Below, piece by piece: positions 1-10,122 of a stretch of 64,000 nt of DNA. The stretch covers positions 179,678-243,677 of the forward strand of contig CAWEWF010000010.1 in NCBI GenBank assembly GCA_963812605.1. The letters are read 5' to 3'. The notes beneath the pieces are model-generated. The model was not told the DNA's origin. It was given only the letters and a program-made list of their open reading frames with translations, and searched no databases. The position numbers and the translations under genes are program-made. Position 1 is the first letter of the stretch. The number at the start of each line of letters is the position of its first letter. Source of the stretch: an uncultured Verrucomicrobiae bacterium (lineage in GTDB: Bacteria; Verrucomicrobiota; Verrucomicrobiia; Palsa-1439).

Positions 1-143
1 ACGATCAGGGCTACCCGAGCATCGGTTGCTCGCCGGACTGCTGCACGCGTGCCGTGAAAGACGGAGAAGACGAGCGCGCGGGCCGCTGGGCCGGTTCCGA
101 AAAGAAGGAGTGCGGACTCCACACATTCGCCGCGAATATTTGA
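1..143 (+). CDS. cysH: APS/PAPS reductase, 3' end only (runs off window start)
   Basis: Frame from nt 3 reads [40 protein letters not shown], containing the GYPSIGC, ERAGRW and ECGLH motifs; lies upstream of cysD. Confidence 0.92.
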   Translation, partial: DQGYPSIGCSPDCCTRAVKDGEDERAGRWAGSEKKECGLHTFAANI

Positions 144-153
144 TCTTCATGAC

Positions 154-222
154 TGTCATTCTGAGCGAAGCGAAGAATCTCTGTCGTTCGGTGGCAGACC
201 CTTCGCTTTGCTCAGGGTGACA
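154..222. repeat. Intergenic inverted repeat (TGTCATTCTGAGCGAAGCGAAG...CTTCGCTTTGCTCAGGGTGACA)
   Basis: Imperfect ~22-bp arms; related CTGAG/CGAAGG motifs near 8352-8378, 30478-30500 and 40458-40530. Confidence 0.75.
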
Positions 223-244
223 AAGGAATAAAGTTACCGAATTT

Positions 245-1045
245 ATGGACCATCTCGACAAGCTGGAGAACCAAAGCGTTTTTATTATTCGCGAGGCGTT
301 CAACAAGATTGAGCGGCTGGCGATGTTGTGGAGCGTGGGCAAAGACTCTCAGACCATCATGTGGCTCGCGCGCAAGGCGTTTTTCGGGCACGTCCCATTT
401 CCGTGCGTCTTCATGGAAACGACTTTCGACATGCCGGAACTCGTCGAACTGCGCGACCGATTGACCAAGGAGTGGAAATTGAACCTCGTCATCGCCCGCA
501 ATGAGGAAGCGCTGGCGCAGGGTATGAACCACACCCGCGGCCGCGTTAATTGCTGCTCGGCGTTATTGAAAGAGAACCTCAAGAAGATTGTCGACCGCGA
601 AAAATACGGCGGACTTATTGTGGGCGTGCGTCGCGATGAAGACCCGACCCGAGCGAAAGAACGCTACTTCTCGCCGCGCGACAAGAACATGGAATGGAAC
701 GTCGAAGACCAGCCGCCCGAGCTCTGGGACCAATTCAACACGGACCTGGCGGGCGGCACGCATCTGCGTGTCCATCCGCTCCTGCACTGGACGGAGACAA
801 ACATTTGGGAATACGCCGAGCGCGAGCAGATTCCGAATGTGTCGCTGTACTTTGCCAAGAACGGGAAACGCTATCGCAGCCTTGGTTGTGTCCCCTGCAC
901 GTTCATGATCGACTCCAACGCCGACACCTACGAAAAGATCCGCGAAGAATTGCGGACGACCAAGCGCAGCGAACGCAGCGTCCGCGCGCAAGACCAGGAA
1001 AGCGAAGACGCCTTCGAGAAGCTGCGGCGTGATGGGTATATGTAG
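245..1045 (+). CDS. cysD: Sulfate adenylyltransferase subunit 2
   Basis: SVGKDS PP-loop, RRDEDPTRAKER, QPPELW, YRSLGC, C-terminal GYM. Confidence 0.95.
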   Translation: MDHLDKLENQSVFIIREAFNKIERLAMLWSVGKDSQTIMWLARKAFFGHVPFPCVFMETTFDMPELVELRDRLTKEWKLNLVIARNEEALAQGMNHTRGRVNCCSALLKENLKKIVDREKYGGLIVGVRRDEDPTRAKERYFSPRDKNMEWNVEDQPPELWDQFNTDLAGGTHLRVHPLLHWTETNIWEYAEREQIPNVSLYFAKNGKRYRSLGCVPCTFMIDSNADTYEKIREELRTTKRSERSVRAQDQESEDAFEKLRRDGYM

Positions 1046-1048
1046 GCG

Positions 1049-2944
1049 ATGAGCACGAACACTCTTCAATCCGAGCAGTTGAAAATCGTCATCGTCGGCC
1101 ATGTGGATCATGGCAAGTCCACGCTGGTGGGGCGCTTGTTTTACGACACCGGCTCGCTGCCGGAAGGGAAGTACGAGAAGATCAAGACGGCCTGTGAGCG
1201 GCGCGGGATGCCGTTCGAGTGGGCGTTCCTGATGGATGGCTTGCAGGCGGAACGCGACCAGAACATTACCATCGATACCGCACAGATTTGGTTCCGCACG
1301 AAGCAACGCCAGTACGTGATTATCGACGCGCCCGGCCACAAAGAGTTTCTCAAGAACATGGTCACGGGAGCGGCGAGCGCCGAGGCCGCGCTGCTGCTGA
1401 TCGATGCGAGCGAGGGCGTGCAGGAACAATCGCGGCGGCACGGCTTCCTTCTTTCGCTGCTCGGGATTCGCCAGATTGCGGTGCTCGTGAACAAGATGGA
1501 CTTGAAGGGCTACAGCGATAAGGCGTTCAAGTCGATTGAGGACGAGTATCGGGCTTTCCTGAAACAATTCGGCGTTGAACCGAAACTTTTCATACCGATT
1601 GCCGCGGCCAAGGGTGACAATGTCGCCAACAAGTCCGCGAACATGCCGTGGTACAGCGGCCCGACCGTTCTGGAAGCACTCGACCGGTTTCAAACTGCGG
1701 AACCGCCCCATAATTTGCCGCTGCGTTTCCCGATTCAGGACGTCTATCGGTTCGATCAACGCCGCATCCTGGCGGGCCGCGTCGAGTCCGGCACACTTCA
1801 CGTGGGTGACAAGATTCTCTTCTCGCCACGAAACAAGGTGAGCACGGTCAAATCGATTGAGAGCTGGCCGCATAATTCCCGTGAGACCGCGAGCGCGGGT
1901 GAGTCCATCGGGATTACGCTGACGGAGCAGATCTTCGTCGAGCGCGGGCAGATTGCATCCAATGAACAGGATGCGCCCATCGAGACGGATGTGTTCAATG
2001 CCAAGTTTTTCTGGCTCGGCCGCCAGAACCTCGAGGTCGGCCGCAAGATCAAACTGAAGCTGACCACTGAAGAGGTGGAGTGCCAGATCCAATCGATTGA
2101 GAAGCTGATCGATGCCTCGACGCTGGCGGAAATCGACACAAAATCGCGGCCTTACGTGGCGCGCAACGACGTGGCCGAGGTCACGATTCGCACCAAGACG
2201 CCCATTGCGTTCGACAACGCGGACCGGATCGTCAATACCGGCCGTTTTGTATTCATCGACCGCTTCCAGGTGTGTGGCGGCGGTGTCATTTCCAAGGGGC
2301 AATATCCCGACCGCCGTCAGGTTTTGTCGGGAGTGAAGAGCCAGAACATTTTTTGGTCGGCGGGCAAGATCACGCGGGAGGCGCGCGAACAACGCAATCG
2401 GCACAAGGGAGCCATCCTCTGGCTCACGGGCTTATCCGGTGCCGGGAAATCCACGGTGGCCACGGAATTGGAGCGCGAACTTTTTGCGAAGGGATTGCAT
2501 ACGTATATTCTCGACGGCGACAACATCCGCCATGGTCTGAGCGCCAACCTCGGGTTCTCGCCCGAAGATCGCACGGAGAACATTCGGCGGGTGGCAGAGG
2601 TCGCGCGGCTGCTCATGGATGCGGGTGTGCTGGTCATCACGGCGTTTATTTCGCCCTACCGGGACGACCGACGCCTGGCGCGTTCGCTGGTCAACGAGGG
2701 CGAGTTCGTGGAAGTCTATGTGAACGCGCCGCTCGAAGTCTGCGAACAGCGCGATCCGAAGGGACTCTACAAGAAGGCGCGCGCCGGTCAGATCGCCAAC
2801 TTCACCGGCATCTCCGCGCCATACGAGCCGCCCGACCACCCGGAGTTGGTGGTCCATACGGACAAGCAGACCCCGGCGGAATGCGTTGCCCAGATCATTG
2901 ACTTTTTGAAGCTGCAGTACATCGATGCGGACTGGAGCATCTGA
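1049..2944 (+). CDS. cysNC: Bifunctional sulfate adenylyltransferase subunit 1 / adenylylsulfate kinase
   Basis: [14 protein letters not shown] and NKMD GTPase motifs; C-terminal APS kinase with [19 protein letters not shown] and [10 protein letters not shown]. Confidence 0.95.
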   Translation: MSTNTLQSEQLKIVIVGHVDHGKSTLVGRLFYDTGSLPEGKYEKIKTACERRGMPFEWAFLMDGLQAERDQNITIDTAQIWFRTKQRQYVIIDAPGHKEFLKNMVTGAASAEAALLLIDASEGVQEQSRRHGFLLSLLGIRQIAVLVNKMDLKGYSDKAFKSIEDEYRAFLKQFGVEPKLFIPIAAAKGDNVANKSANMPWYSGPTVLEALDRFQTAEPPHNLPLRFPIQDVYRFDQRRILAGRVESGTLHVGDKILFSPRNKVSTVKSIESWPHNSRETASAGESIGITLTEQIFVERGQIASNEQDAPIETDVFNAKFFWLGRQNLEVGRKIKLKLTTEEVECQIQSIEKLIDASTLAEIDTKSRPYVARNDVAEVTIRTKTPIAFDNADRIVNTGRFVFIDRFQVCGGGVISKGQYPDRRQVLSGVKSQNIFWSAGKITREAREQRNRHKGAILWLTGLSGAGKSTVATELERELFAKGLHTYILDGDNIRHGLSANLGFSPEDRTENIRRVAEVARLLMDAGVLVITAFISPYRDDRRLARSLVNEGEFVEVYVNAPLEVCEQRDPKGLYKKARAGQIANFTGISAPYEPPDHPELVVHTDKQTPAECVAQIIDFLKLQYIDADWSI

Positions 2945-3008
2945 ACCGCGAAGATTTACTTTCGCGTCGTTGAGTGCTGTGGTAGAATGAGATGCACAAG
3001 GAGAGAAC

Positions 3009-3479
3009 ATGGCGAAATCGGAATCGAGGGTTCGCGACAAGCTGCAGTCGCCGTTGGTGAGGCAGTTCTCCGTCTTTCTTGAAAACAAGGTTGGCGCGCT
3101 GCTCGATCTCACCCGCACGTTGAGCGAGTCGAACGTCCACGTGTGCGGAATCTCGGTGGTGGATACCGCTGACGCATCGGTCGTGCGTATTGTGGTGGAC
3201 GATCCGGAACGTTGTCACGAGGCGCTGGGGAAGGCAGGCATTCCCGTCAGCGGCTCGATCCTCGTGGTCGTAGAGATGCCGCGCGGCCCGGAAAAACTGG
3301 ACACGGTGTTGCGGAGCCTGGTCGCCGCGGAGGTCAATATTCAGTACACCTATTCCCTGATGGTTCGTCCGCACGACAAGGCGCTTCTGGCCCTGCATTG
3401 CGAAGACCCTGAATTTGCCCGCGAGGTCCTGGTAAAAGCCGGCTACCGGGTCCTGGGCCAGAAGGACATTTCACGCTGA
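3009..3479 (+). CDS. Tandem ACT-domain protein
   Basis: QFSVFLENKVGAL and VNIQYTY ACT patterns; SD AAGGAG; TGnnTAGAAT upstream. Confidence 0.8.
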   Translation: MAKSESRVRDKLQSPLVRQFSVFLENKVGALLDLTRTLSESNVHVCGISVVDTADASVVRIVVDDPERCHEALGKAGIPVSGSILVVVEMPRGPEKLDTVLRSLVAAEVNIQYTYSLMVRPHDKALLALHCEDPEFAREVLVKAGYRVLGQKDISR

Positions 3480-3901
3480 TGAGCGACCAGCCGACACCAA
3501 TTGGCCTGGCGATCGTGATCTGTGACCTGATTATTGAGGACAAGCTCACGAACAAGAAATCCCTGATCGGGATTTTCAACCAGATTGGGACGCAAAACTT
3601 CCCCTGCCGTCATCCGCAAATTTGTGTGTTCGTCTCGCTCACCGAGGGGCGCGGGCAATGTGTTGCGCGCTTGCGGATCGTCCATGATGAGAGCGATCAC
3701 GTCGTGGCCGAGGTCAACGGCGGCATCGAGTTTCCGGATGTAAACGCCGTGGTCGAATTGAATTTCAACCTGGTGGGGCTCGTCTTTCCCGAACCCGGCA
3801 CGTATTCGATCGAGTTCTATTGCGATGACGCACTGGTCCTGGAGCGGCGCTTCAACGTCACGCAGGTCAAGCCCGCGCAGGGCCCGGCGCCCGAATCGTA
3901 G
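3479..3901 (+). CDS. Conserved hypothetical beta-rich protein (DUF6941-like)
   Basis: ICDxIIEDxxTNKKSLIGIF and FPEPGTYSIE patterns; TGATG coupling to the upstream gene. Confidence 0.65.
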   Translation: MSDQPTPIGLAIVICDLIIEDKLTNKKSLIGIFNQIGTQNFPCRHPQICVFVSLTEGRGQCVARLRIVHDESDHVVAEVNGGIEFPDVNAVVELNFNLVGLVFPEPGTYSIEFYCDDALVLERRFNVTQVKPAQGPAPES

Positions 3902-3920
3902 CGGCAGAGCCGAAGCCCCC

Positions 3921-4232
3921 CTACAACGTCTTGAGCAGTTCTGTCAGTTCTTCACGAGGGCCGTCGTGGTGCTGCCCTATGGCGAGTTGCAGGGCGCGTT
4001 CCAGAATCGGTTTGGCTTCTGTCGAACGATCGAGGGCGATCAATGATTTGCCGAGTTGAATGTGCGCGACCATCCATTCGGGTTTCTTCCCGCAGAGCGC
4101 GCGCAGGTGTTCAATGGCAGCGACGTAGTCGTTCGTATCGACATACGCCTGCGCGAGATTGAAACGCGAGAGATCATTATCGGGGAATTGCCGCCACAGT
4201 GCGAGGGCTTTGGCGATTCGGTCGTGACTCAT
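3921..4232 (-). CDS. Small tetratricopeptide repeat protein
   Basis: Helical TPR-like pattern (RFNLAQAY, AHIQLGKSL). Confidence 0.75.
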   Translation of the reverse strand: MSHDRIAKALALWRQFPDNDLSRFNLAQAYVDTNDYVAAIEHLRALCGKKPEWMVAHIQLGKSLIALDRSTEAKPILERALQLAIGQHHDGPREELTELLKTL

Positions 4233-4261
4233 GGCGTTCTTCTACGCTAGGCTCTCGCGGC

Positions 4262-4954
4262 GTGGAAAGTAAATTCTACCGGGCCGATGAGCACCGCGCG
4301 GAAAAGGTGCACGATTTATTTGCCACGATCGCGCGGCGTTACGACCTGCTCAATGACATCATGAGCGCGGGACTGCACCGGCGGTGGAAACGCCGGTTGG
4401 TCGAGTTGGCGGGCGAGCCGCGCGAGGTGCTGGATCTCTGTTGCGGAACGGGCGACATCGCGCTGCGGTTTCGGGGGCGGGTGGTTGGAGTGGACTTTAC
4501 CGGGGAGATGCTGCGCGTGGCGGCGACGCGCGAGAACTCCGAAGTCTCGTGGATTCAAGCGGACGCGTTGCGATTGCCATTCGCCGACAATTCATTCGAC
4601 GCTGTCAGCGTGGGCTATGGCCTGCGAAACCTCGCGGACATCGAACAGGGGTTGCGCGAAGTCTTCCGCGTGCTGCGGCCGGGCGGAAAATTTGTGTCGC
4701 TTGATTTTGGGAAGCCCGAATCGCCGACCTTCCGGGCCTTGTATTTCGGCTATTTGCGCGTTGTCTCGCCGATCCTGGGGCGGCTCTTCTGCGGCGATCC
4801 CGACACATACGGGTATATCCTGGCGTCGTTGCAGAGTTATCCGGCGCAACGCGGGATCAAGGGACTGATGGAGTCGCAAGGCTATCGCGAGTGCGGCATC
4901 GAGGAATTCTGGTTCGGGTCCATGGCCATCAACTACGGCTCCAAGCCGCACTGA
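4262..4954 (+). CDS. ubiE: Ubiquinone/menaquinone biosynthesis C-methyltransferase
   Basis: YDLLNDIMSAGLHRRWK, LDLCCGTGD, GYGLRN, RVLRPGG; GTG start 8 nt after TAGGCT. Confidence 0.88.
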   Translation: MESKFYRADEHRAEKVHDLFATIARRYDLLNDIMSAGLHRRWKRRLVELAGEPREVLDLCCGTGDIALRFRGRVVGVDFTGEMLRVAATRENSEVSWIQADALRLPFADNSFDAVSVGYGLRNLADIEQGLREVFRVLRPGGKFVSLDFGKPESPTFRALYFGYLRVVSPILGRLFCGDPDTYGYILASLQSYPAQRGIKGLMESQGYRECGIEEFWFGSMAINYGSKPH

Positions 4955-4969
4955 TTCCTTCTTTGGAGA

Positions 4970-6208
4970 TCATAGGCCTTCCAGGACCTTCACCCCCGCC
5001 ACCATTTTGCAGACGTGGACCGCGTACTTGTCGGCAAGTTGCGGGTAACGGCGCGGGTAACCGACATCCACCGCTTTTTTCAATGCTGCGACGCTTTCCG
5101 CGCGCGCCAGCGCACCAGCCGCGCCCTTGTCGCCGCCGCCGAGCATGCGTTCGCCGAGAACGCCGGGAACGGAGCGGGCGATATCGCACATCGTTTCCAG
5201 TTCCGGACCCGATATTTGGTAATCATCGCGCAAACTGATCCCATCCCGGCGGAAGACCGCGCCCACGGCCTCGATATCTCCAGATTTCCAGGCCTCCAGC
5301 ATTTGTGGGAAGCGCTGCTGGGCATGGAAGATGTATTTGAGGCGGGCGCAAAGCTGTGGATGCGACCTTCCGTAACGGGCGACCACGCGGTGGTAGAGCG
5401 CCTGGTCCCGAATGTCGGCGAGGCAGGAGAAGCCGAATTCCTTTCCCGCGAGGGCCACAAGCTCCTCGCACTCAGCGCGGCGAATCTTGTAGGTGGATTT
5501 TTCGAGGCCGGGCCTCACGGTGCCGGTGTCGAGACCAACAATCCGAAAGTCGATGGCCTGTTTGCCCAGTGGCACGTAGCGAACGGCGCGGGTTTTTGGA
5601 TCATAATGCGTCCCCATGCCCTCACGGGCGAAGTAAATCATGATTTGATCGAGGTTGCCGCAGGGGGAGCCGATGTAATCGTTCTCGACGGCCTGGGCCA
5701 TGTCGATGATCTTCATTTCGTCCGACACCGTGATGCGGTTCACTTCCAGGAATGTGAGAATCAAGTTCAGGCAGAGCGATGCCGAGCGCGACATCCCGCC
5801 GCCGGGGATGTTACTGTAGAGGACGGCGTCGAATCCACGGACCGGTTGCAATCCGTCCCGCCGCAAAACATGGTCGACGCCATAGGGGAATCGCACCCAC
5901 CTGTTCGCAGCGCCCAATGATCTTGGTGGCGGCACTTCACCGAGTTTGAAACCGACAAGGCCCTCGTCCGGGAAATTCGCGCTGCACAGGCGTACACGGT
6001 CGGTATGATTGGGCTGGTAAGCCAGCCAAAGAAACCGATCCGTGCCGACGCCGAAAAGTTCCGTGCCGTTGTAGTCGCCATGCTCGACTCCCAGGCAGAA
6101 TCGGGATGAAGTGCGGCGAATTTTGCCCCCTTGAACCCGGAGTCCGGTCGCCGCAGCCAGACGCCCGAGAGTTTCCCGTGCTTGAGTGTCTGAGGTGGTG
6201 TCTTTCAT
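4970..6208 (-). CDS. GHMP-family sugar kinase (galactokinase-like, divergent)
   Basis: GVEHGDYNG, PGGGMSRSAS, CGNLDQ and GERMLGGG motifs; ATG 6208 overlaps the peptidase stop (ATGA). Confidence 0.8.
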   Translation of the reverse strand: MKDTTSDTQARETLGRLAAATGLRVQGGKIRRTSSRFCLGVEHGDYNGTELFGVGTDRFLWLAYQPNHTDRVRLCSANFPDEGLVGFKLGEVPPPRSLGAANRWVRFPYGVDHVLRRDGLQPVRGFDAVLYSNIPGGGMSRSASLCLNLILTFLEVNRITVSDEMKIIDMAQAVENDYIGSPCGNLDQIMIYFAREGMGTHYDPKTRAVRYVPLGKQAIDFRIVGLDTGTVRPGLEKSTYKIRRAECEELVALAGKEFGFSCLADIRDQALYHRVVARYGRSHPQLCARLKYIFHAQQRFPQMLEAWKSGDIEAVGAVFRRDGISLRDDYQISGPELETMCDIARSVPGVLGERMLGGGDKGAAGALARAESVAALKKAVDVGYPRRYPQLADKYAVHVCKMVAGVKVLEGL

Positions 6209-7113
6209 CGCGTGGCGAGAATCGTCGCGATAAGAATCTGCGTGACGCTTCGCAAGAAATCGTAGTCGAGTGTGTCCGGCGTGTCGGTGGATTGATGGTA
6301 GTGCGGGTTGCGAAACTCGGCAGTATCGGTCCAAAGGATTGCGGGAATGCCGGCCCTCCAGAAGGGCATGTGGTCGCTCCGTTGCAGGACCGGCAGAAGT
6401 TTTTCCACGCCGGCGTATACTTTCAAGCTCAGCACCGGAAAATCCGGCCAGTAGGTCTTGGCTGTTTGCAGAACGGTGTTTGCCATGGCGGTGGAATCCT
6501 TGTTTGCCAGGATCCCCAGGAAATCACCGCGGTCTGGCACCTGGATCGGCAGGCCCGGCGGGATCGTCTGCGAGCCGGGACGATGATCACAGTAGCCGAT
6601 CATCTCCAGGATATGCGCTTCGCGAACGGACATTTGCCCTTCCGCGGTAATGGTTCTCACAAAGTCGGCGCTACCCAACAGTCCGTCCTCTTCGCGGTTG
6701 AAGGAAACGAAACAAACCGGACTTTCTGAAGCATGTTCGGCCAACGCCTTGGCGCAGGCCAACAGTGCCGCGACCGCGCTCGCATTGTCGTCGGCGCCCG
6801 GGGTGCCCGGCACAGTGTCGTAGTGCGCGCCAACGAGGACACAGGCGGCGTCCGAAGAGTGCCGGGAGCGAGCGACAACATTGGCGTATTCACCCTGCAA
6901 CTTTGTTTCGTAACCGTACGAATGCAACTGGCGCGCAATCGAATGCGCTGTCAGTCGGTTGTTCTCCGATTGCAATTCGTAATGACGGGGAACCGCAAGA
7001 GTCTCGACAGTTGCGCAGAGAAAGGACGCCGAGACACCAGCCATTGCCGCCAGTATCCGGGTATCAGGCGTGGTGGGTTGCGCGTTGGCGGAATGTTGAA
7101 GATGCATGGTCAA
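6205..7113 (-). CDS. M28 family metallopeptidase
   Basis: GAHYD, GADDNASA, NREEDG, LEMIG, SDHMPF and PHYH zinc-ligand motifs. Confidence 0.88.
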   Translation of the reverse strand: MTMHLQHSANAQPTTPDTRILAAMAGVSASFLCATVETLAVPRHYELQSENNRLTAHSIARQLHSYGYETKLQGEYANVVARSRHSSDAACVLVGAHYDTVPGTPGADDNASAVAALLACAKALAEHASESPVCFVSFNREEDGLLGSADFVRTITAEGQMSVREAHILEMIGYCDHRPGSQTIPPGLPIQVPDRGDFLGILANKDSTAMANTVLQTAKTYWPDFPVLSLKVYAGVEKLLPVLQRSDHMPFWRAGIPAILWTDTAEFRNPHYHQSTDTPDTLDYDFLRSVTQILIATILATR

Positions 7114-7169
7114 CGCGAAATCATAGGACAGAGCGGGGAACAGTCCAAGCGTTTCGTCGAAGAGGTTAT

Positions 7170-8220
7170 GCCTCTATTTCGAGTGACCACAACCCGCATA
7201 AATGTGAATAATTTAGAAAAAGCCCGTAAACATTGACGTTTCTGCGATGCGATACAAATCAGGATTCGAGGACGAAAATGCTCTCGCATGGCTACATTGT
7301 AGCAAAACTGCTAAAGAGATTATTTTATAAAAAGGATTATTTCATGTAGATTGCTCAAATAATAGCTCTGTATTTTATAATCAGCATCATACTCAAAGGC
7401 AAAATACCAACCAGCAAACTCTGTGGGTATACTATCGCTTCCAGAGGGGATCGGCTTCCTAAAATGAATATTGTAAGGCAACTGTTCAACAGGCTAACCA
7501 AATTCTGCTCCCGATCCGCCAGCGAAGCAAGCCAAACGAGCCGACCGCCTGAATCTTCAAAAAGCCCAATAAAACCGCTATGCCGATGCGTACAAATGCT
7601 TACCTACATTTCCAGTGATCCGAACCCGCATAAATGTGAATAACTCAAGAAAAAGCCCGCAAACATTGACGATTCTGCGATGCGCACAAATCAGGATTCG
7701 AGGAAAGGAAATGGCTGGTTAGGTCACATCGTGCTCAATCTAATCACCAATATGGGTCGAAAAATGGCATAGAAAAATACCACAATAAAAAAATGGCTAC
7801 GAAATTCATGAGTGCGCAAGCGAAAGCCACCTCCAGTGCTTTGGCAATCGGCTTACGCAATGCCAAGAGCGAAGCTGTAAACGAACTGGTAAAAAACATG
7901 GCAATCCATGACCAAGGCGCACCCATGTCAATGACGTGCATCCAATATTCACTCATAAACCATCCCCAAAGCCAAATCCCATAAAAGACGATGAGGACTA
8001 TCGCATTGTATGTCAGGAGACGTTTCATGTGGCTCATGGCTTCCTCTTGGCAGCACCTATTATTCCATAATATAGCACGGTTTTGCTCCAACCTCTCTCT
8101 TCCTCTCTCAAACGCTCCTGCTCCGCCCGTTTCGCAAGCCAAACGAGCCGACCGCCTGAATCTTCAAAAACCCCTGCAAAACCGCTAATCGATGCGGACA
8201 AAGCTTGCCTACATTTCCAG
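7170..8220. repeat. ~190-bp composite direct repeat in overlapping partial copies (part A 7190-7280 and 7622-7712; part B 7528-7615 and 8135-8220) flanking AT-rich inserts
   Basis: AACCCGCATAAATGTGAATAA...ACAAATCAGGATTCGAGGA occurs twice; CAAGCCAAACGAGCCGACCGCCTGAATCTTCAAAAA...CCTACATTTCCAG occurs twice. Confidence 0.85.
7744..8037 (-). CDS. Low-GC small membrane protein (about 3 TM), hypothetical
   Basis: Hydrophobic Trp/Phe-rich ORF with AAGAGG upstream; AT-rich relative to flanks. Confidence 0.55.
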   Translation of the reverse strand: MSHMKRLLTYNAIVLIVFYGIWLWGWFMSEYWMHVIDMGAPWSWIAMFFTSSFTASLLALRKPIAKALEVAFACALMNFVAIFLLWYFSMPFFDPYW

Positions 8221-8328
8221 GTTGGAAGGGCACGCCTCGCAGAGGCGTGGCTACACCGCTGGACAAATGCTTATCGACATTTCCAAGTTGGAGAGGCACG
8301 CCTCGCAGAGGCGTGGCTACACCGCTGG
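8196..8328. repeat. Two tandem 65/66-bp units, each with the REP-like palindrome GGCACGCCTCGCAGAGGCGTGGCTAC
   Basis: Units 8196-8260 and 8261-8326; reverse strand starts GTAG; a related copy lies near 31392-31449. Confidence 0.85.
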
Positions 8329-8419
8329 CGTCAACGATCCCGAACGGCCACGACCCTTCGACTTCGTTCAGGACAGGCTCCGCGTGGCCCTCCACATTTA
8401 AGATACTACTACCGCCGGC

Positions 8420-9533
8420 TTACTGTATGACTTGTGCGCGGTAGAAACGCTTGGGTTGCGTCGTGGCGTTGGTGTCGATGACGGTGACGATGCCACCGGT
8501 ACCGACGAAGATTGCTGCTAAGGGTCGTCCACACGCCGGTCACGAGGTCAGTGGCGCTCTGGACGAGATAAAGCCGATTCGAAGCGGTGCATAGGCCGAT
8601 GTGGATATCCGCGCCTACCGGGGCGATATTGGTGATCCTCAGGTCAGGTCCAAGCTCGAAGTTGATAACGCTATTGATCCAGGCGGCGTGGGACGAAACA
8701 CGTGAGCTATAAAAACCGGTGGGAATATCGGCAGATTGATTCGGGAAGAACTGCCAACCCCCTGCGCCGTTGGCGATATAAAGTCCGCTCACGTCCATGA
8801 TGGCACCTTGGAATTGCGTGTTGGTTGTCCCATCGAGGCTGAATGGTCCATCCACCGCATAATGGATCCCCGCCAATTTCCACGTGGAACCGTCTTGGAT
8901 AAACATCGCGCCACTGGAATCTCCGACGGAGAGGTCGCACTCATTGGTGATCCCGTTGCGATCAAAGTTGGGCTTTAGAAACTGGCCGAGCGATGCGTCC
9001 GTGTAAATCGTGGAGACGATGTTTTCCCCCCAGCGGACGACTCCATCTGGCGTTCCCCATTCCCAACCCTTGAGCCGAGGGGGGCTGCCTGCGGTGACAG
9101 AATTGCCCCGTTGGGTGCCCCGCCCGATGACGACGCAGAGTTTGTTCACTTCGTTCGAGTTCGTATAGAGCGGAGCGTACCGTGGAAAGGTGTTGGCCAC
9201 CTGCCAGACGCGCAGGTCGGAATTGGGACAATCCCAAAACGCAACCGTTTGGTAGAGGAACGGAACAGCATTCATTTGAAAGGGATCGCCGACGTTACCG
9301 CCGACATGCTGTGCCGCGAGGAAAAAAGTCGGGGCGATGGTGGTCCCCATGTAGCTTCCCTGCCAGATCCCTTCATACTGCCAGCCGCTATTGGTCAGCG
9401 CACCTGTCGGAGCCGTGGTGTTGAATGTCACGTTGCTGGTGGACTCCAAAATGACCGCTTCGCTTCGTGTCGCAAAGGATCCGAGTGCCAAAAGGCAGAA
9501 CAACGCCCACGCCCTGCTAACCCATGAGTTCAT
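8420..9533 (-). CDS. Secreted trypsin-like serine protease with C-terminal Verrucomicrobia-type surface tail; one frameshift near 8507
   Basis: Signal peptide; LAAQH, SDL and GDSSG catalytic triad; the shifted frame gives VGTGGIVTVIDTNATTQPKRFYRAQVIQ* ending at 8420. Confidence 0.75.
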
Positions 9534-9836
9534 GCCGCGTTTAGGGTAACAAAAATCAGGTCAGATGACAAGTGCGACGGGCGAAGAACGCTGAAGTTAT
9601 GTTGTTCTGGAACAGATTGCCGAGGAACACAGCCAGCGATTCGCGTATGTTGGCTGATAGCAACGGAGTACAGCTCCCGCCCTGCCCTCAAATCAGCCCC
9701 ATTTCCCAAACGACAGCCCCTTAGTAACCCGTGAGGGCAGGGCGAAAGATTCTGTGTGAAGCAGACTCCCACGAAATTGTGACGAATCAAGCCAGCAACG
9801 GTTACGATTTGGTGAAGGGAAGGAGCGTGGTGTATC

Positions 9837-9865
9837 TTGACCTCCATGGGAGGGGGAACTACTAT
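9837..9865 (+). promoter_or_regulatory. Sigma70-type promoter for tRNA-Ser
   Basis: TTGACC-17 nt-TACTAT, 18 nt upstream of the tRNA. Confidence 0.65.
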
Positions 9866-9883
9866 CAGGTCGCGAGCAGCGAT

Positions 9884-9973
9884 GGAGAGGTGGCAGAGTG
9901 GTCGATTGCGGCGGTCTTGAAAACCGTTAGGCGCGCAAGCGTCTCGGGGGTTCGAATCCCTCCCTCTCCGCCA
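9884..9973 (+). tRNA. tRNA-Ser (TGA)
   Basis: GGAGAGG/CCTCTCC acceptor stem, anticodon loop CTTGAAA, long variable arm, GTTCGAATCC, encoded CCA. Confidence 0.96.
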
Positions 9974-10120
9974 GTCTTCGCTGGCAGCAGCTACGACTCG
10001 GCACGCCAGTCTTCGCTGGCAGCTTTGGTGACAGCGAAGACTGTCTCGCCGTAGCGCAAGCGTAGGCGGACAAAGAGAGGTTACCGTTGGCTGCCAGCTA
10101 CGACTCGGCACGCCAGTCTT
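9969..10120 (+). repeat. Nested direct repeats starting in the tRNA 3' end
   Basis: CGCCAGTCTTCGCTGGCAGC at 9969 and 10004; 26-bp CAGCTACGACTCGGCACGCCAGTCTT at 9988 and 10095. Confidence 0.85.
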
Positions 10121-10122
10121 TG

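Noticed and set aside
563-5920. Long antisense ORFs (563-2404, 5015-5920; likewise 24014-25228, 42042-43541, 51797-53155)
   Set aside because: These are shadow frames of well-supported high-GC genes and have no recognisable motifs.
7492-7724. Possible integron attC (minus strand ACCTAAC ... GTTAGCC after the membrane ORF)
   Set aside because: At ~230 bp it is long for an attC, pairing beyond 7 bp is poor, the cores are not conserved in the other repeat copies, and there is no intI in the window.
8196-8328. Possible mini-CRISPR
   Set aside because: Only two units, the intervening sequences are similar to each other rather than unique spacers, and there are no cas genes. It is a REP tandem.
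9969-10023. attL/attR of a tRNA-integrated genomic island
   Set aside because: Only the last 5 nt of the tRNA are repeated, there is no integrase, and no distal tRNA-end copy was noticed.
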